Assembly: GCF_006345805.1 (NCBI RefSeq) | Contig: NC_043003.1 | Span: 61,938,001 to 62,002,000 of the forward strand | DNA: 64,000 nt | Source: Octopus sinensis | Taxonomy: Eukaryota | Direction: 5' to 3' | Shown here: positions 1 through 11,892 of the stretch, in pieces | How positions within the stretch are numbered: position 1 is the stretch's first letter | Layout: each line of letters begins with the position of its first letter | Notes under the pieces: generated by a model | Told to the model about the DNA's origin: nothing | The model's input: the letters and a program-made list of their open reading frames with translations, nothing else | Databases searched by the model: none | Position numbers and translations under genes: made by a program

Positions 1-150
1 AGTTTCTGTCTACCAAATTCACACACAAGGCTTTGGTTGGCCTGGGGCTATAGTAGAAGACATTTGCCAAAGGTGCTACATAGTGTGACTGAACTGGGAA
101 CTATGTGATTGAAAAATCAAACTTCTTATCACACAGTTATGCCTGCACCT
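1..150 (-). mobile_element. tRNA-derived SINE 5' part (octopus-type family also at 2420, 11490, 52048)
   Basis: Reverse complement reads ...ggcaaatgtcttctactatagccccaggccaaccaaagccttgtgtgtgaatttggtagacagaaact, shared with the other copies. Confidence 0.7.
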
Positions 151-238
151 CTTTGTTAAACTTAACTGAAAACAAGTTTTTATGTAGTGCTTTTGATATG
201 TAATTTTATTTGCTTATATATATTTTATTGCAATGTAG

Positions 239-304
239 TTACACATTTAAAGTTGAGAGTTACCAGATTTCTGTGTACGAAGCCTTTTTGGAACATGTTT
301 ATTG
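239..304 (+). CDS. Possible additional upstream 66-nt exon (phase 2/2), compatible with the SPO11 frame
   Basis: Splice-like ends tattttattgcaatgtag|T...TG|gtaatt. Open frame YTFKVESYQISVYEAFLEHVY(W) joins in phase to the 2014 exon. No homology recognised. Confidence 0.22.
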
Positions 305-1504
305 GTAATTTTAATTTTATGATTTAAGAAAATACTATCTTTATGTTGTATATATTTTTCTTGTAATTCAATGTTGCTATGCAACATATAAAGCAGAAGT
401 AATTCTCATGAGAATTTAGCTAGAACTTTAGGGTACACATTCATTTGTTGTTCTGTAGTTTGGTGTTGTAGTGAAAAGATATCTGTCTAGCTCAAGAAAT
501 GATTATGCAGCATAGAGCTACCAATGAAAGAAACATGGACTTTTCAGTTCAACTACAGCTATCTTGAGGGTCTTGTTATAGATAAAAGGCAGTGATATTG
601 GAAATAGAAGGAAGGGTCTTTAACTGAAACTGGATATCTAATGGAACGGTGAGAATGTGTGGAAAGAAAACCTCTTTTCATCTGGCACAATCAGTCACAA
701 TAATGGCTTTCATCAGATGGTGCATAAGAATTTTGACAGCTAGTCTTATATTGTTACAGAGTTTTGGTGCAGTCAAGTTTAATAGCACATAATGGGTGCT
801 CCTACTTTCAATTGAAGGTTGTGAGGAATGGCTAGAATAGGCTGAAGGGAACTGAGATATTCTCTTAGACAGTAGGCAGTATTGTTAATGTCAGCTTCAG
901 TGTGAAGTAACTTGTACCATCTGGATTGGGCTGTTGACTGATGGTGCCACTAATATCTTGCACAATATTTTTGGCAACTAGACTGGCATGTTTAGAAAGC
1001 CACAAATAGTTTCTGTAGTTCCATGAGACTAGAATAAGCTCTCAGTATCATTTCAAGAAATGTGATTATAATTTACATATTTTTGTGTTTTTGACATCTC
1101 CAACACTTCTGTAGTTATGCCATAAATTTACTGAGTGAGTGAGTACTGTTAGATGAATGAAGGATACAAAGATCAATTAAGCATAACATACCAGAAAATT
1201 TACACATATTGGGCATCAAATGAGTAAATATCAGTTAGGAGAGAAAGATTAAGGTGAAAGACAATCGTAAACTGATGTACTTCATATTTAACATACCTCC
1301 TCAACTACTACTCCAATACAGCTATCAGTCTACATCTTTTTTTATTAACTCATCCTTATTTTATTCCAGTAGGATGTTGGATTCTTTTTGTTCATGTCTT
1401 ACTGTGGGTTGCATCTTGACCTCCGTGAGAAATCTTGTAAAGATTTGCTGCAAAATAGAGACTTTCTTTCAAGACAGACAGACAGACATTGACACTTATA
1501 TGTA

Positions 1505-1729
1505 TACACCAAGTGGGTGCTGAAAAGTTTCTGGCCTTAAGGGTATCGTGAAAGGCCTGGTTGGAAGCCCAACTTTCTGAGTTCTTTTACAGGGCTTAGA
1601 AAAACTGAAGGATTGCTGCAATAAGTGTGTGAATCTGAGAGGTAAATATGTTGAATAAAATCATTATTAACTGATCCTCCTGTATTGTCTTTTACCCAAA
1701 ACCCTGAACTTTTCAGCACCCTTTTCATA
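1505..1729 (+). mobile_element. Mariner-derived MITE
   Basis: Imperfect TIRs gggtgctgaaaagttt / aacttttcagcaccc with TA flanks. Internal remnant KKLKDCCNKCVNLRGKYVE* resembles a mariner transposase C-terminus. Confidence 0.7.
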
Positions 1730-2013
1730 TAGCATTATGCTATATAGTTATAATTATATAGCATAATGTATGTTTGATTCATATTTGTAAATTATATAGG
1801 AAGAATGAGTTATATATTTAAATTCATGCACATCCACAAACATACACACACTATTGCTCACTTTATTAATTTATTACATAAATGCAGAGAAATTTTTTTA
1901 ATTGGAAATTTTTTTTAAAAAGAAAAAAGTATTTTTTGATACATTACAAACTGAAAAAAAAAAACTAGAATAAATTGATTATTATTAAATTATATAAGTA
2001 TAATTATTTTCAG

Positions 2014-2127
2014 GTGTGATATTCTAAGAAAAATAGAAAATATCATATTAAAAATTTTGAAGTCACTTGAAAAGGGAATTATGCCTTCATTTGAATACGC
2101 TAATCATTCTTCATGGGATAATATCAA
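2014..2127 (+). CDS. SPO11: SPO11 internal coding exon (equivalent to human exon 2, 114 nt, phase 2/2)
   Basis: Acceptor taattattttcag|G at 2013/2014. Translation CDILRKIENIILKILKSLEKGIMPSFEYANHSSWDNI(K) aligns by eye with human SEVLASIENIIQDIITSLARNEAPAFTIDNRSSWENIK. Length is 114 nt if the donor is AA|gcaagt at 2128. Confidence 0.93.
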
Positions 2128-2419
2128 GCAAGTATTTTCATTATGTATTTTTTAATAAAATATCATTTTCATTTTTTGCATTATTGTTTGCTAATGAAAG
2201 CATGAAAAAATTACTTTAAATCCACAGATGATGCAAAATTGATAACCAGAAGTCAAGTTTTTATAATTGCTAAAATTTTAAAGCAGTTTTGATGTTCATT
2301 ATCTGTTATGTATTTTCAGTTTCATTTTTTGAATGAATTCTCTTTCAGTCTCTCTTTCCTAGCTCTTTTATAGTTATACATAAATCAATCTACCCACACA
2401 CATGCTTACCTAGACATAT

Positions 2420-2585
2420 TAGCATTGTCATGATTGCATGGTTAAAATATTTGCTTCTCATCTTCTTGGTTTTGGGTTCAATTTACTTGTGCAGCACCTT
2501 GGGCAAAAGTCTCCTACCATAGCCTTGGGTTGACCAAATTCTTATTTGTAAAATTTGTTTGATTGAGATTGTGGAATCTTTTTAG
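2420..2585 (+). mobile_element. Degenerate tRNA-derived SINE
   Basis: gcatggttaaaatatttgcttc...gggttcaatttacttgtgcagcaccttgggcaaaagtctcctaccatagccttgggttgaccaa. Confidence 0.6.
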
Positions 2586-3240
2586 ACGGCTGATTGGCAG
2601 ATTTAAATCATTGTTCTGTTAAAATCATAAGCATTTAGATAAGGTCCCTAATCTGATGATATCTCCCTCCTTTCCTTCTCTAGCCCTGAATGACCAAAAG
2701 ATGGTTGTAGCTACTGTCCGTCTTTGACTAAATTGTAAAACAATAATAATTGGTATATAAAACAATAGCTAATTTAAATGTATGTTGGTTGGTTGATTTC
2801 TGCAGTCACCCTTTACATTGTGTAGGGAGAGGAAGAGAGAGAGAATAAAAGAGAGATACAGTGTGAGTTAACATAAGAGGTGCAGGATGATTCACATATG
2901 AGGTTTGATGGTAGACATTGAGTAAAAAAATGATATACACATACATATACACACGATGAGAGAGATATAGTGTCAGAAGAGAAGAGGGAGTAAATGACTG
3001 AGTAGTTACAGGTGAAGTTATAGAAATGAAAAACAAATAAAAAAATTAATTTTATTTAATGTTAAGATGACAAATATTTTTCTTTTGAAAATTATTATTC
3101 ATTTCACCATTTTATTTAAGCTGTAAGAAATTTGATAAAAGTTGATTATAATTATTGTATAAATGCCATAATTCCTAATATAAAATATGATGGCAAAAAT
3201 ATACTTCCAGAATTACCTGTCATATGATGGTTAACACTTT

Positions 3241-3248
3241 AGTAGTAA

Positions 3249-3310
<62 letters not shown>

Positions 3311-3500
3311 ATTTTGGCACAAGGCCAGTAATTTTAGGGGAAGGGGTTTAGATGATGGCATCAACCCTAGTACTTGACTGGTACTTAACTCTGAATGGAT
3401 GAAAGGCAAAGCTGAGCTCAGTAGCATTTGAAGTCAATGTAAATAACTTGAAAAAATGGTGCTAAGCATTGTGTCCAGTGTGCTTAAGAATCTGCCAGCT
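3241..3500 (-). mobile_element. CORE-type SINE with (TAG)n/(CTA)n tail at 3241-3310
   Basis: ggcacaaggcc...tacttgactggtactta...ggatgaaaggcaaag is shared with the copies at 33383 and 50490. The ORF-track poly-Tyr ORF is this microsatellite. Confidence 0.75.
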
Positions 3501-5714
3501 TGCTGCCTTAATAATAATGATACTGGTTTCTGGTTTAAGTACAAAGCTAACAATTTTGAAGGTAGGGTGGGGAGTAGTTCATATCATCAACTCCAATACA
3601 TGATTGATGCTTTGTTTTATCAACTCTGGATGGATGAAATGTAAAATTAGATTTCCACAAAATTTGAACTTAGAATGTAAAGTGTTGGAACTAATACTGC
3701 AAGCTGTTTTTTTTTCCCAATACACTAATGATTTTGCTAATGCTCACACACACATACATGCACATTCAAATACACCCACACAAAGATACAAATATCTTTA
3801 TATGTTAACCCACATGTCTGCACAGGCACACACATAAACAAAATTTAAATATGTAAATGAAAAAATAGTTCTCTTGTTAGCTTTAATGAAGATTACTGCA
3901 ACAGCTTTTTTATGACTAGCAGAGCTATTGACTAACTGAAATCCTGTGTAAGTGACAATTGTATGAACACTTGTGTATTTAATATATTTTGAAGGTGGGA
4001 TAAGATTGTATATTTGAATTACAATCTACCTGACAGGCTTTCACCTGTTTATCATCTTCTGACTTTCTTCAAAAGGTTGATCTTAAGCTATGTCAGAAGG
4101 TGAGTATTAAACAGTGGGATTAGACCTGAGCACCTTATGATTATGAAGCAAATTTCATGACCATTTGGCCATGCTTTGTCCTTATCTATTTGTCTGTTTA
4201 TGCATAGACAAGATTGCAGAAATTAACAATCTGCTTAGTGATAATACTAATTTCTCAGGATTCAGAAAGACAACACTGCTCAATTAAAAGTTAAAATTAA
4301 ATCAATTTCTGCTTCAAACAAACAATATGATCTACTCCATTTCTCCACATTGAAGAATTCACTTGAGCGTATATTTATGGAACAGTGAAAATGCACTAAC
4401 AGTACAGTTTTCTATTCAATAATTTTACAAACATACACACCAACACATCCGATTGCTAAACATTACATAACATTATCAACAATAAACACCAGTGAGATAC
4501 AGCATATGTTTATCTGATAGGTTCCTGGGGATCTTAAATGGTATAAACCAAATAGGCAATATATCTACCTTACAACTGAAAAGAGGAAAATAGAAATTAA
4601 TTCTGAGAGAAAATAATATCATTAGATTAGTTGGGAATGGTAATAAGTTTGGTTTTGAATTTTAGTGATGTGCCAAAAGTTATAATCATATACAATATAA
4701 CAATAGAAACTTTGAAATATTTTATTAATTAATCATATTTTAGTTTTTGATTACAATTGAATGATTATTCAGTATAAACATTTGGTTTTGGCATATCATA
4801 TGTATATAATTTAAAATAATATATGAACAAATTGAAAACAATTCCTGATTAATTATTTTAATTGTCTAGCTTCGAAAATCAATCAGGCCTGCTTTATCTC
4901 TCAAGCACTTACTTCCACCAAAGAATTTTAATTTCTGTTTAATTAGCTACTGTGTTGAGTTCAAATCAGGCTGAAGCTGACTTAGCCTTATCTACAGTCT
5001 GAGTACTGCAAAGATCTATAACATAGTGAATTTCAATCCATTAGATGTAGAACTACTGTCAAACATGGTTACTCTTTTTTTTTTTAACAATTTAAATAAA
5101 GAGTTCACATGATAAATTGTATGTTTATACTCAATATCAAATGATGATCAATGCATAGAAAGATATGAAATTAATATACTGAAGGAAAGAAGCACTTATT
5201 CATGTAAATTAGTTTTTTTAGAGCACTAAATGTTTCCATTATTTGATTCCAAACTCGCAATGGATGCTAAGTTTTGTTTGCTTTTTTATCAAACTGAAAC
5301 CAATGATATTTTTTGTTCATTATGAATAGTCTTAAATAATGACTAGTTATGTAGTTCAGAAACTAATTTGTATTTAGAAAGTTATTTGAATTATGATTTC
5401 TTTTATAACAAGTCTTTCGTTATTCATTTAGGTAAGAGAGCCTTGCAGTTATGATGTTAAAGAAATTAGAAGTTGCTCTGTTTAATATTTTCATAAGTTG
5501 TTTACATAGGAAGTCTGTTTCAACAACTCAAAGAAACAGCCATGGATCTCAAGAAATTAGCACTTCATCAAATGTCTATTGTTCTAATACTGAAAATAGG
5601 AAAAAGTTTACACTGTACTATAGTACTAAAGGATTTTAGCCAATACAGCATATATAGACAGATATGAACACCTTGCATTATATTCAATATTTTTGTGGAC
5701 AAAGTCAAGAAAAA

Positions 5715-7287
5715 GAAATTCACCTTCAAAATAAGCGCAACTATGCCTCCCCTGGTCTCGATGGAGTTACATACCTGCTTCTCAAACGTGGCAGGCACTT
5801 CCTTTTACACCAGCTTTCTATTTTCTTCCAGTACTGTCTCAACAATGGTGCTACTCCGGAGCAGTGGAAAACTGCCAGTGTCATTCCTCTGTTCAAAAAG
5901 GGCGACCGCACATCACCTGTCAACTATCGCCCAGTCAGTCTCACTAGCTGTATTGCAAAACTGATGGAATCGTGTGTCAGAGAAACACTCTGGAACTTCT
6001 GGAGCTCTCACAGTCTCATCCGACCCTCACAATATGGATTTGTCCCTAACTCCAGCTGCAGTGACCAGCTTGTCGAGTTCCTTGAGGACATTACTCAGAT
6101 TACTGACAGTGGCTCATGGGTGGATGTTGTCTACCTTGACTTTGCTAAGGCTTTCAACTCTGTGCCACACAAAAGGCTTATGGTGAAACTCTCTGCAATG
6201 GGTGTGGGGGAGACCTTTTTAACTGGTTGAAATCCTTCATCCTCAGCCGAAAGGAGGTAGTCACAGTTCTAGGACAGCACTCTACACCATATGAGATGTC
6301 ATCGGGTGTACCACAGGATCTGTCCTTGGTCCCCTCTTGTTTGTGGCATACATTAACGACATAGATGCCAATTTAAAGAATGCCACAGTATTGAAATATG
6401 CAGACGACATCAAGCTGTACCTTGAAATCAAGAGGACAGATCCTGATGTCTACAACTCTTTCCTGCAATCAGACCTAGACACAATGCAGCAATGGATCAC
6501 AGACTGGCAACTGAAACTGGCTGTGGACAAGTGTACCACCATGCATTTTGGGAGAAAAAACCCTGCGTTCACTTACTCCCTCCACAACACTGATATCAAG
6601 AAATCCTCTTGCGAGCGTGACCTAGGCATCACTGTCAGCAGTGATTTGCGTTGGTCAAAGCATATCTCTAAGATTGTCAGGAAGGCCGAGGGTGTCTTGG
6701 CATCACTCAGCAGGTCTTTTGTTAGCCGCTCTCCAGCCATCTATTTAAAACTGTATACAGCTATGGTACGACCACACTTGGAATTCGCATCATCAGTTTG
6801 GAACCCCTATCTTGCACAGAACATTGACCTCCTGGAATCTGTCCAGAGACGTGCAACCAAACGCATACCCTCCATCAGACACCTACCATATTCTGAGCGC
6901 CTTGTTTCCCTGGGCATGGATTCACTGAAGCTCCGGCGTTTGGCGACGGACTTGGTAAACACCCACAAAGTTATCAACCACCTCACCAACAACAACACTG
7001 AACACCTTTTTGATCTCCATGTGTCTAACACACGTGGACATGCCTACAAAGTCAGAAAACAATACAGCTCCCATGACTTTCGGAAACATTTTTTCACGCT
7101 CAGAGTTGCTGAAGCATGGAATAAACTGCCTGCGTCAGTTGTTGACTGCCATGACACTGCATCTTTTAAGGCCCTCATGCTTTCCGAAATCCGCCGAAAC
7201 TACACCTGATTATATATACACTTTAGATGAGTTGTAGTGCACCTGAGCACTGTACACAATTATTATTATTATTATTATTATTATTAT
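5715..7287 (+). mobile_element. 5'-truncated CR1-clade LINE: ORF2 reverse transcriptase with two -1 frameshifts, 3' stem-loop and (ATT)n tail
   Basis: Motifs SPGLDG, PEQWKTASVIPLFKKGDRTSPVNYRPVSLTS, QYGF, DVVYLDFAKAFNSVPH, GVPQ(G)SVLGPLLF, YADD, RPHLEFASSVWNPY, TRGH, RVAEAWNKLP. Stop at 7209, AGTGC-ACCTGA-GCACT hairpin at 7236-7251, (ATT)n about 7258-7287. Confidence 0.96.
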
Positions 7288-10200
7288 AAACATATAAAGA
7301 ATTGGCTAGGTAAACACTTCACTGAAGTTTCCCAGAGTATTGAGATCATAATACTATCACATTCAAGACTGGAAGTGATAATCATAAAGATGGCTGTAAA
7401 AAGTATCTTAAATCTGTAAAGATCAACCACTGATTAGCAAAACTATATCTAAAGACTTGAAGAAAATGTGAAATATAGCTATAACATAGGTTGGCTGTTA
7501 TAAAGATTTGATAGCTTCTCCAGCTCAAAGATTTTAGAAACATTAGATGTAAGCATAGAGGCACCAGTGGTATGCAGGTATATCAAGCATGCTGTAAGTT
7601 AAATAGGAAACTATTTCTCTAGCCAAGACAAACAATAGAATAATAAGAGCAAAGTTAATTTCTGTAGGAAAAAGAATATCTCAAAGGGATAGTCTTTCTT
7701 TGCTCTTCATCAGTTTGACACTATAGTACCTCTAAATAAAATGCTACACCAGCATTGAAATGATTAGAGGTATTATGGTGATAATTAATGCTACTGTATA
7801 TGAATGAACGCACGCAATATGCAAGAGTTGAAAAATTACTGGAAATTCTTAAGAGAGGTGTAGAATGGTTCAATGAGTTGAATTGCTGTAAGAAGTGAAA
7901 TAATCTAACCATGTCAGACGTTAGTCTTTCTTTAGGAAAAGGAAGAAAAAGAAAGTGTGTGTGTGTTACTGGCAAGGTTGAAAAGTTGTACATGAGAAAA
8001 TGAAATAAGGGAGTGATATGCGGAGGTAGATGTAGAGAAAGAGGTGGGAAAGCCAGTAAGAGATGATGTAGGTAGTATAACTAGGAAGAAAGTAAAGTGT
8101 GAGGGAAGAGTGCTCAAAATTTGTAACTCGTTGAAAGTTGAGAGAGGTGTAAAAAGCTAGGTCAAGTACTGTGTGCCAAAAGGGCACACAGTAACACAGA
8201 AACACGTACAGAAGAGAAGAGGAAGGGGAAAGTGAATGCTAGTGGTAAACAAACAAGAGACTGTAAGGAATCTGTGGTGATGGTCAAAATCATAAAGAAG
8301 TCCAAGTAGCTGAGGGCTGAAATAATAAACAGAACAGTAATGAAGCACACTAACTAATAAAATTTGAATATATGCCACACAATATATATAATAATATGCA
8401 CAATGAATGTACAAAACTGAATGTGTCACAATGCCAATAGTGGCCATACACCAATCAAAACAGTTCTTGAGGTGGGAAGAGCTAAAAGTGAAAGAGACTC
8501 AGAAAGTTGAAGCATGTACATAGGCTCTCTGGGGAAAAGGTATCCCTTTCATTTTTTACTCTGGGTGTGAGCAGAAATTTGTGTACAAATTTTATTTCTC
8601 TTTGCTAAGTAAATGTGCATCCATGCAGGTAACTATCTTCAATTAAAAGAAATGTGATTTCATTTTGAAACCTTATCTGCACATATTTTCCCTTCATATG
8701 TTAGTTGTAAAATGCATGTGCATGCAAAAATGCACAGCTTAGAAAAATTTGGCAAAGACTCTGGGTGTTAAAAATGGGACAAAATAAATGTACCAAGGCT
8801 ACTTTGAAGAGTGGATGACTCATAAAAATCAATATCTTTTTTGATGCTGCAACAAAAGAATTAGTCTGAAGAAAAATACTTAAGAATCAGTAAATTAAAT
8901 AAAATGCAACACGCGTAAGTAAAATCATATGCCAGAAAAGAATTTAGATGTTTTAGATTAATACTTGAGTGAACTAATTGTTGAAAATATGATCTTAGGT
9001 GTCCAACTTTGTAGTTGTTCCAATCATATACTATAATTATTTTATATTGAAACAGAAATTAAGTAAATTTGTACAAATAGACAGATAAAACAAGAAAAAA
9101 TAATTACAGTATTTAAGCTACATCACATACAGTATTTAAAATAATTCAGACAGAATAAATTTAACACAAGCACATGATTGTAGAGGTCATCTGCAGTAGA
9201 AAAATATTGTAAAATAACTACTATGGGATTACAAGAATATCTAATAGAGAATCAATGCAGCCAATACAAATATCTATAAATGTGTTTGGAACATGTTTTG
9301 TCTTTAGAGAGGCCAATGGGTATAAAAAAGAAATGTATGTATCAGACAGCATTAGAGCAACAAAAGAATCTATAAAAAAAACAATAAAAATATTTGGGAA
9401 AAAAGAAAGAAGTAACTTTTAATATAAAATGTTATGTGGTAGAAACTAGAAAATTTCTTATACAGGGATCCACTTTATTATGAAAACTCTAGTTATGGAA
9501 TTCCACACTTAAGAACATTGTAAAGTAAGACCAAATTTTGAGATGTGGCTGATGATTGTGTCGTTATGGAAGCTTGAGTAAGGTAAACTTTAAAAAAATT
9601 TAAGTTGTGATGTGTGTATAAAAAAGATACATTATTTTTTAGAAATACTATTTGATCTAGATTGTGTGTCTGTTGCTGCTGCTGTGCAGATTTTTGCCTA
9701 TTACTGTTGCTGCTGGATTTAACTTTTACAAATGTATAGTATAGTGTTTTACCCTTCAAGGTGACATAAAAGCAGTCATCAGGTGGAGGTGAAGGCAAAA
9801 TGGAGAAGGGATTATGTAAATGTTTTAAAAAGGTTCGATGTGTGAGAGAAACTCAGCCACGTTGCATTTGTGACACAAAAGACAAAATTAGCAAAGATTT
9901 CATGCAGATACTTCAGTAGCTATCTAACCATTGTTTTCTCATAGGCATGATGCGATTCTTAACATGGAATGGCTCCTGAATGTGTGGGTAAATGATCAAG
10001 CAGGATGTAATTTGCTGATAAGCAAATGAAGGCTAAAAATATTTTTCTTGTTTATTCCTTAATGTATTCTTCTTAATTTTTTTTATTTATACTATGTTGT
10101 ATGCATTTAAAATAGTTATTTTCATGCATAAAAATGGTTCTATTTTATGCTTTGTTTTTTCTGAAAAATCTTTTGTGGATGCACATCTAAAACTATAATA

Positions 10201-11489
10201 TGGAAGTCAATGGGAAGATAGGTTTTGCATTACAAAATTTGCCAAAACCAAATGCATATACAGGCATGACAAATTTACTAGATGCATGCTTTGGAAATTC
10301 TCTGACTGGAGACATAATCTACAAAATGTCTTTGAAAGTGTATATGAAACCATGTTCTGGGGCATGCCAAGTATAACTTCAAAATTTTCTTGCCAAACAC
10401 AAACAAGTTTTCTAGATACATCAGTTCCACTATACTACAATATATCACAAGAGGAATTGTAGAAATTTTCTAAATACAGATCTCTGAAAATAACTATCCT
10501 GAATGTGGGAGATGCGAAAAGAAAATAATTCTATGGTACTAGATATGTTAGGATTGATATAAAGATTAATAAATATATAACCAAAATTGTTCTCATTCAT
10601 ACAACATGAAAAAGAAATACCCCAGATAATAGAAATTATCAATGCAATAGAAATTATGCATTTAATATAGACACAAATGTTACATACAACCATGTTATGC
10701 ATATAAGAACCACAGAATGTGTATACTTGATAATGCATTGAAAGAGCACAGTATATGAGATAATACTTTATGTAAAACATAGTAAATTCTTATATAGACA
10801 CAAAGCCAGAAAACTGGGGATCAAAAAATTAGATTATCAAATCATCCTAGTTCTTGACTACCTTTCAAAGTAGATTGGATAAAATACCATTTCCCCTCAA
10901 CAGGTTTTGAACTCAGAATATAAAAATCTGCTCCTGAATACTTCTTGTCATTTTTCCTGTCTTTCTAATGGTTCTGCTAATCCACCTCTGAGGTAATAAT
11001 TGTGACAATGATAGTAATTATATTGAGAATACTTCTTGATTTGTGTTAGGTTTATAAGGGAGTGGGAATGAAAAGTTGTGATGTATAAAATTTCCCTAAA
11101 ACATTAGAATATTGACAATTTGAGAACAAAAGATTGACTGCATTCTTAGTTTGAACATGAAAAAGTTTTTTTGAATACCTGTAGAACTACTACATAGAAA
11201 ATGAAAAAATCAGGATTTGAGGAAACTGGTGATGATCTGCATCAACATTAATTAGTTCAAAGAAGGGTTTATAGTTCAACTGTTGAGAGGAAATGTCTTA
11301 AAATGACTTCTGGCCACAGAGAATGGACTATTTCACATTATCTGAAGTTAGCACCTGTAGGAACATGTAAATTTAATAGAGCTTGGCCTTCTGGAGAATA
11401 TTTGTGAATCTAATGTGACTGCAGTTAGAAGAAATTGGAAAGGAAAAAGAATATCAAGCTCTTTTGACAAAGCATAGAATCAATTTTCC

Positions 11490-11892
11490 TAGCAGGCTCA
11501 GGCTTGCATTTATGGTTAAGAAGTTAACTTCTCAACCAAGTGATTTCAAGTTCATTTCTGCTGTGTGACTCTGCGAGAAAATGTCTTACACACTAGCCTT
11601 GGGCTGATGAATGTCCTGTGAATGAAATTAGTAGATAAAAACTATGGAAGCCAGTTGTGTGTGTCTTCCAATTTGTGCCTTGACATTGCTTATGCACTGG
11701 GTAAAACAATGCCATTGCATAGGCATTATCATTGTTTGTCTGCCATAAAAATATGTCTATCCGTTGAACAGTTTGTCATTCAAAGCAGCAGAGGAAACAA
11801 AGGTTAGTGACAGGGAGGGTGTCCAGCTCAAAAAGTCTTGTCTAACCCATGCCAGTTTGAGAAAAGTGGACATAAAAATGATGATGATGATG
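11490..11892 (+). mobile_element. Full-length-like SINE: tRNA head, central domain, RTE-derived 3' tail ending (GAT)n
   Basis: ggcttgcatttatggttaagaagtt...gccttgggctgatgaatgtcctgtgaatgaaattagtag... then ctaacccatgccagtttgagaaaagtggacataaaaatgatgatgatga. Confidence 0.7.

Noticed and set aside
3881-3947. 67-nt AG...GT segment with the length of SPO11 exon 4
   Set aside because: Stops in all three frames and no sequence similarity.
5640-5720. Target-site duplication for the CR1 element and the ATG at 5664
   Set aside because: No exact flanking duplication found (aaagaaatt vs aaagaatt only). The ATG lies in flanking DNA fused to the truncated ORF.
9493-9798. 101-aa minus ORF with PPP and QQQQQ
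   Set aside because: TTG start only, in-frame stop 55 nt upstream, no splice or homology support. More likely UTR-like or intronic sequence.
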